NCBI RefSeq assembly: GCF_032191835.1
Contig: NC_083226.1
Coordinates: forward strand, 21,948,001 to 22,012,000
Length of the DNA: 64,000 nucleotides
Source of the DNA: Heteronotia binoei
Lineage: Eukaryota
Direction of reading: 5' to 3'
Shown piece after piece: positions 60,656-64,000 of the stretch. The notes beneath the pieces are model-generated. The model did no database searches, was not told the DNA's origin, and was given only the letters and a program-made list of their open reading frames with translations. Within the stretch, counting starts at the first letter, position 1. The number at the start of each line of letters is the position of its first letter. Both the position numbers and the translations under genes were made by a program.

Positions 60656-61597
60656 ATGGCAGGGATGGGCAGAAGTCTGTTTTCCCCACTGGGAGTCTTT
60701 ATTCTGATCGTTTTTGGAGTCGAGTGCATTCTTTCCCTGTTAGGGAATGGGTTCATCCTAGCTGTGAATGGCCACAGCTGGTTCCGCAGCAAGAAGATGC
60801 TCCCTTGTGATTTCCTACTGACCACTCTGAGCCTCTCCAGGTTTCTCTTCCAGTGTGTTTCCATGAGCAGCCAATTTGTGTATTTGAGCTCTCCAGAGAC
60901 ATTTCTATATAGTAAAGCAGAGCAGGCATTTGCGTTCTCCTGGGGTTATTTAAACATAGCCAGCCACTGGTGTGCCACGTTGCTCAATGTCTTCTACTGC
61001 ATGAAGGTCACCAACTTTGCTCATCCTTTCTTTGCATGGCTGAAGCTGAGAATTGGGGTGTTGGTGCCCAGATTCCTTGGAATATCTCTCCTAGCTTTCC
61101 TAATCTGCTCTATTCATCCAGTCATTAGGCATTTTGAAGATGAAACATGCAACAATCTCACAGGAAACCTACCAGAGAACACCAGCCACAGTGAGACTCA
61201 TGGCATCAACTGTTTTATGTTTTTAGATATGCTTCAGATTTATTTTACCGCCACCACTTTCAGCATCTGCTTAATGGCATCCGTTGTTTTGCTTCTCTCT
61301 CTGTTGAGGCACATGAGAAATCTGAAGAAGGGCGGCCTCAGCACTAAGGACTTCAGCACTCAGGCCCACCTCAGAGTCATGAACCCTTTGCTTCTCTCCC
61401 TCTTCTTCTACATTTTGCATTTTGCTGCCTTGATCATTGTCCTCACTGACGTTTTCACGTATGGCAAGCTTGAGAAGCTAATTTGTGACATATTCCTGTA
61501 TTCGTATCCTTCAGCACACTCCATCATCTTGATATTCACCAATCCCAAACTGAGGAGAGTGTGTACCCATGTTCTAAACCCCAGAAGTTCCTCATGA
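60656..61597 (+). CDS. Bitter taste receptor TAS2R (TAS2R39/40-like), intact, 313 aa
   Basis: LGNGFI, LSLSRF, LNVFYCMK, WLKLRI and YPSAHSIILIFTNPKL. The ORF-track start at 60644 is TTG; the first ATG is 60656. Confidence 0.95.
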   Translation: MAGMGRSLFSPLGVFILIVFGVECILSLLGNGFILAVNGHSWFRSKKMLPCDFLLTTLSLSRFLFQCVSMSSQFVYLSSPETFLYSKAEQAFAFSWGYLNIASHWCATLLNVFYCMKVTNFAHPFFAWLKLRIGVLVPRFLGISLLAFLICSIHPVIRHFEDETCNNLTGNLPENTSHSETHGINCFMFLDMLQIYFTATTFSICLMASVVLLLSLLRHMRNLKKGGLSTKDFSTQAHLRVMNPLLLSLFFYILHFAALIIVLTDVFTYGKLEKLICDIFLYSYPSAHSIILIFTNPKLRRVCTHVLNPRSSS

Positions 61598-62631
61598 AGA
61601 GGACATGAGCTGCTTCCGTCCCAGAGGAAAGACCCTACAGGCTCATCACTCTGTCTCTTTCTGGGTCAGTAGCTTATTTTCTCTAGTTACATAAATCTGA
61701 TAAACATTTCTCAGTTGTGGAGTCAGCCAACTAACACAAACGGATGAAGATAATTCACCCACATCTTTGAATTTCCTGAAATGGAGGATAGCATTTCCTG
61801 TGGTGGTTGGGTTACTCCCTTCACATTGCTTCATCCATGGAGAAGGTCTGTTTACTCCCTTTTGAAATAACCAGGGTACACCTGAACCTGCTCTAAAACA
61901 CACACTTCTACACAAATCCTGTCTTTCGCCATTATTTCTTTAGACACATTTGCTTGTGTATCTTCATATCCCATTTCTTGGTGGAGAACTTCAATAGACC
62001 AAAGGGCCATTTTATCCATTCATGAGACTGTTGCTAACAATTTTAAGGCCACTTGAATGATTCAGTAGTATACAGGAATCTCTGTGGGCCAGTGTGGTGT
62101 GATGATCTGAATTTGCCATCTGTCCTGTCATGACACTTGTGTGGGGTGGGGTGGGGGAGAGCTCAGATCAGTCAACCTAACCTACTTCAACACAACCCTG
62201 GTTTTGCCCCAAAATGAGGACAGAAGAGCCATATATGCTACCCTAATCTCTTTGAAGGCTGGCCTTAAAATGTACTGGACAGATACATCTCAGCAGTATT
62301 TAGGACTTTCATGATGACACACAGGTGTCTTTGGAGAGAAATGCTCAATTGTTTTTCTCCATGGGAATGGGACTCTCCTTTTTTTGCCCTACTGTCTTAG
62401 GCATGTTGACGCCTAAAGTAACCTCACTGAGTTCAGTGCGATTTACTCTCTAGTAAGTGTACACAGGATTTACTAAACTGTTCTCTGCCCATTGATTTTA
62501 GTAGTCTTAGATGTGATCATTCTGCTTGGGATTGCACTGAAGAACACCCACTCTCCTGGCTCTCCACGAACTATGCAAAACTGAATTATTCAAGAGGGCT
62601 TTCTGTCCAGGAAACAGAGCTGTACTCTAAC

Positions 62632-62793
62632 CAGGGGTGGAATTCTAGCAGCAACTCCTTTGCATATTAGGCCACACACCCCTGATGTACCAAGAGCTTA
62701 CAAAACAGAGCCTTGTAAGCTCTTGGAGGACTGGCTACATCAGGAGTGTGTGGCCTAATATGCAATGGAGCTCCTGCTAGAATTCTACCCCTG
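62632..62793. mobile_element. Palindromic hAT MITE (CAGGGGTGGAATTC family)
   Basis: Perfect TSD ACTCTAAC; the empty site is in the paralog at about 53384-53391. Confidence 0.92.
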
Positions 62794-62889
62794 ACTCTAA
62801 CTATATGGTTCAGAAGAAGCTTGGGGTGGAGATGAGTTAAGAATTGCAGACTATACTGCCTCTGACTCCCAACCCTGGACACTGCATCT

Positions 62890-63410
62890 CTTGCACCGGT
62901 TCAGAAGGTGAGGAGTCTGGGAGTGATACTGAATGCCTCACTTACCACGGAGGCCCAGGTCACAGCAGTTGCTCGATCTGCCTTTCACCACCTTTGGCAG
63001 GCCAGGCAGCTGGTGCCCTACCTATACCCCCAGGATTTAGCTACTGTGATCCATGCAACGGTCACGTCCAGGTTGGATTACTGTAACTTGCTCTACACAG
63101 GCTTACCCTTGCGGCTGATCCAGAAACTCCAGCTAGTGCAAAATGCGGCAGCATGGCTATTAACTGTATTGCCTTTAGAGGCAAGCATTCAGCCAGAGCT
63201 GCGCCAGCTGCACTGGCTACCTATTGAGTACCAGATCCACTTCAAGGTTTTGGTACTGACATTTAAAGGCTTACGTGGTCTGGGACCAACATACCTGAGG
63301 GACCGCCTTTCCCCATATATGCCTCAGACGTCGTTGCGATAGGCTATGCAACACCTCCTGACCACCCCTGGCCCTAAGGACGTCCAACTTGCCTCAACCA
63401 GAGCTAGGGC
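62890..63410 (+). mobile_element. L2-clade LINE fragment
   Basis: RSLGVILNASLT...LDYCNLLY...LQLVQNAAAWLL...LHWLPI. Confidence 0.85.
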
Positions 63411-64000
63411 CTTGTATATAGTTTAAGAACCCAGTGTGGTGTTGGCTGTGTTAAACTATTGCTCATCAAAGTGGATGGACAATGGCAGACAAAGGCAGTC
63501 ACAAATCTGCTAACTTATACAACAACACATTTGGCCTCCCTTGTGGTGACATCATGCTTTATTACAGTGCTATCCTATTGTTATTACCATCGTTTAAGGT
63601 GGGTCTACAACTGGTTATTGATATGCTGTGCCCTGTCCACCGGTGGTGCGTTTTATTGTTTTTAATTTTAATTTTAATTTGGTGCTTTAACTTTGATATG
63701 TAGGTTTTTATTGTTATTTTTATAAGTTGTGATCCACCTTGAGCCCGTGTACGGGAAAAGGCGGAATATAAGCCTACTAAATAAATAAAAATAAACTTCT
63801 GGCACTCCCCCCCCCCTGCACTGATAACATCACCGAGGCACATGGGGATGCCCAATTTGTCGCACCCAGAATGCTGGCAATCACCTAGTTTCCCTGGTGG
63901 CAGAGTGGACCATGGCTGTGCAAGGAAATTGACCAGCCTTTTTTAGAGCCTAAGAGACCAATACAATGTAGTGTTGGGTCTCTAGGAGACCTCAAACTAA

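Overview
Vertebrate genomic DNA, most likely from a squamate and probably a gecko (inferred from the SINE, L2, CR1 and hAT repeat content). The window holds a chemoreceptor cluster. There are three intact single-coding-exon class II olfactory receptor genes (family 2/OR2A-like) at about 0.7, 19.4 and 31.7 kb. These are followed by a same-strand array of bitter taste receptor (TAS2R) genes: three intact (39241, 40948, 60656), one with a late frameshift (50796), two 5' pseudogene remnants (47933, 54618) and one upstream module with no CDS (about 45.2-45.6 kb). All seven TAS2R-type loci carry a perfect octamer ATTTGCAT, and five have TATTAA exactly 27 nt downstream of it, a candidate POU2F3-type promoter. 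The rest is dense in transposable elements, including many non-autonomous hAT elements with readable 8-bp TSDs. The most striking feature is a hAT-type element at 58792-60053 (perfect TSD ATGCTGCC) with CpG-rich cargo. The cargo is a minus-strand fragment of the TERT N-terminal (TEN) region, interrupted by a plus-strand, apparently spliced 5' fragment of RAB26 flanked by a 13-bp duplication. This looks like a gene-capturing (Pack-type) DNA transposon sitting about 600 bp upstream of a TAS2R. Gene identifications come from remembered protein motifs, not database searches.
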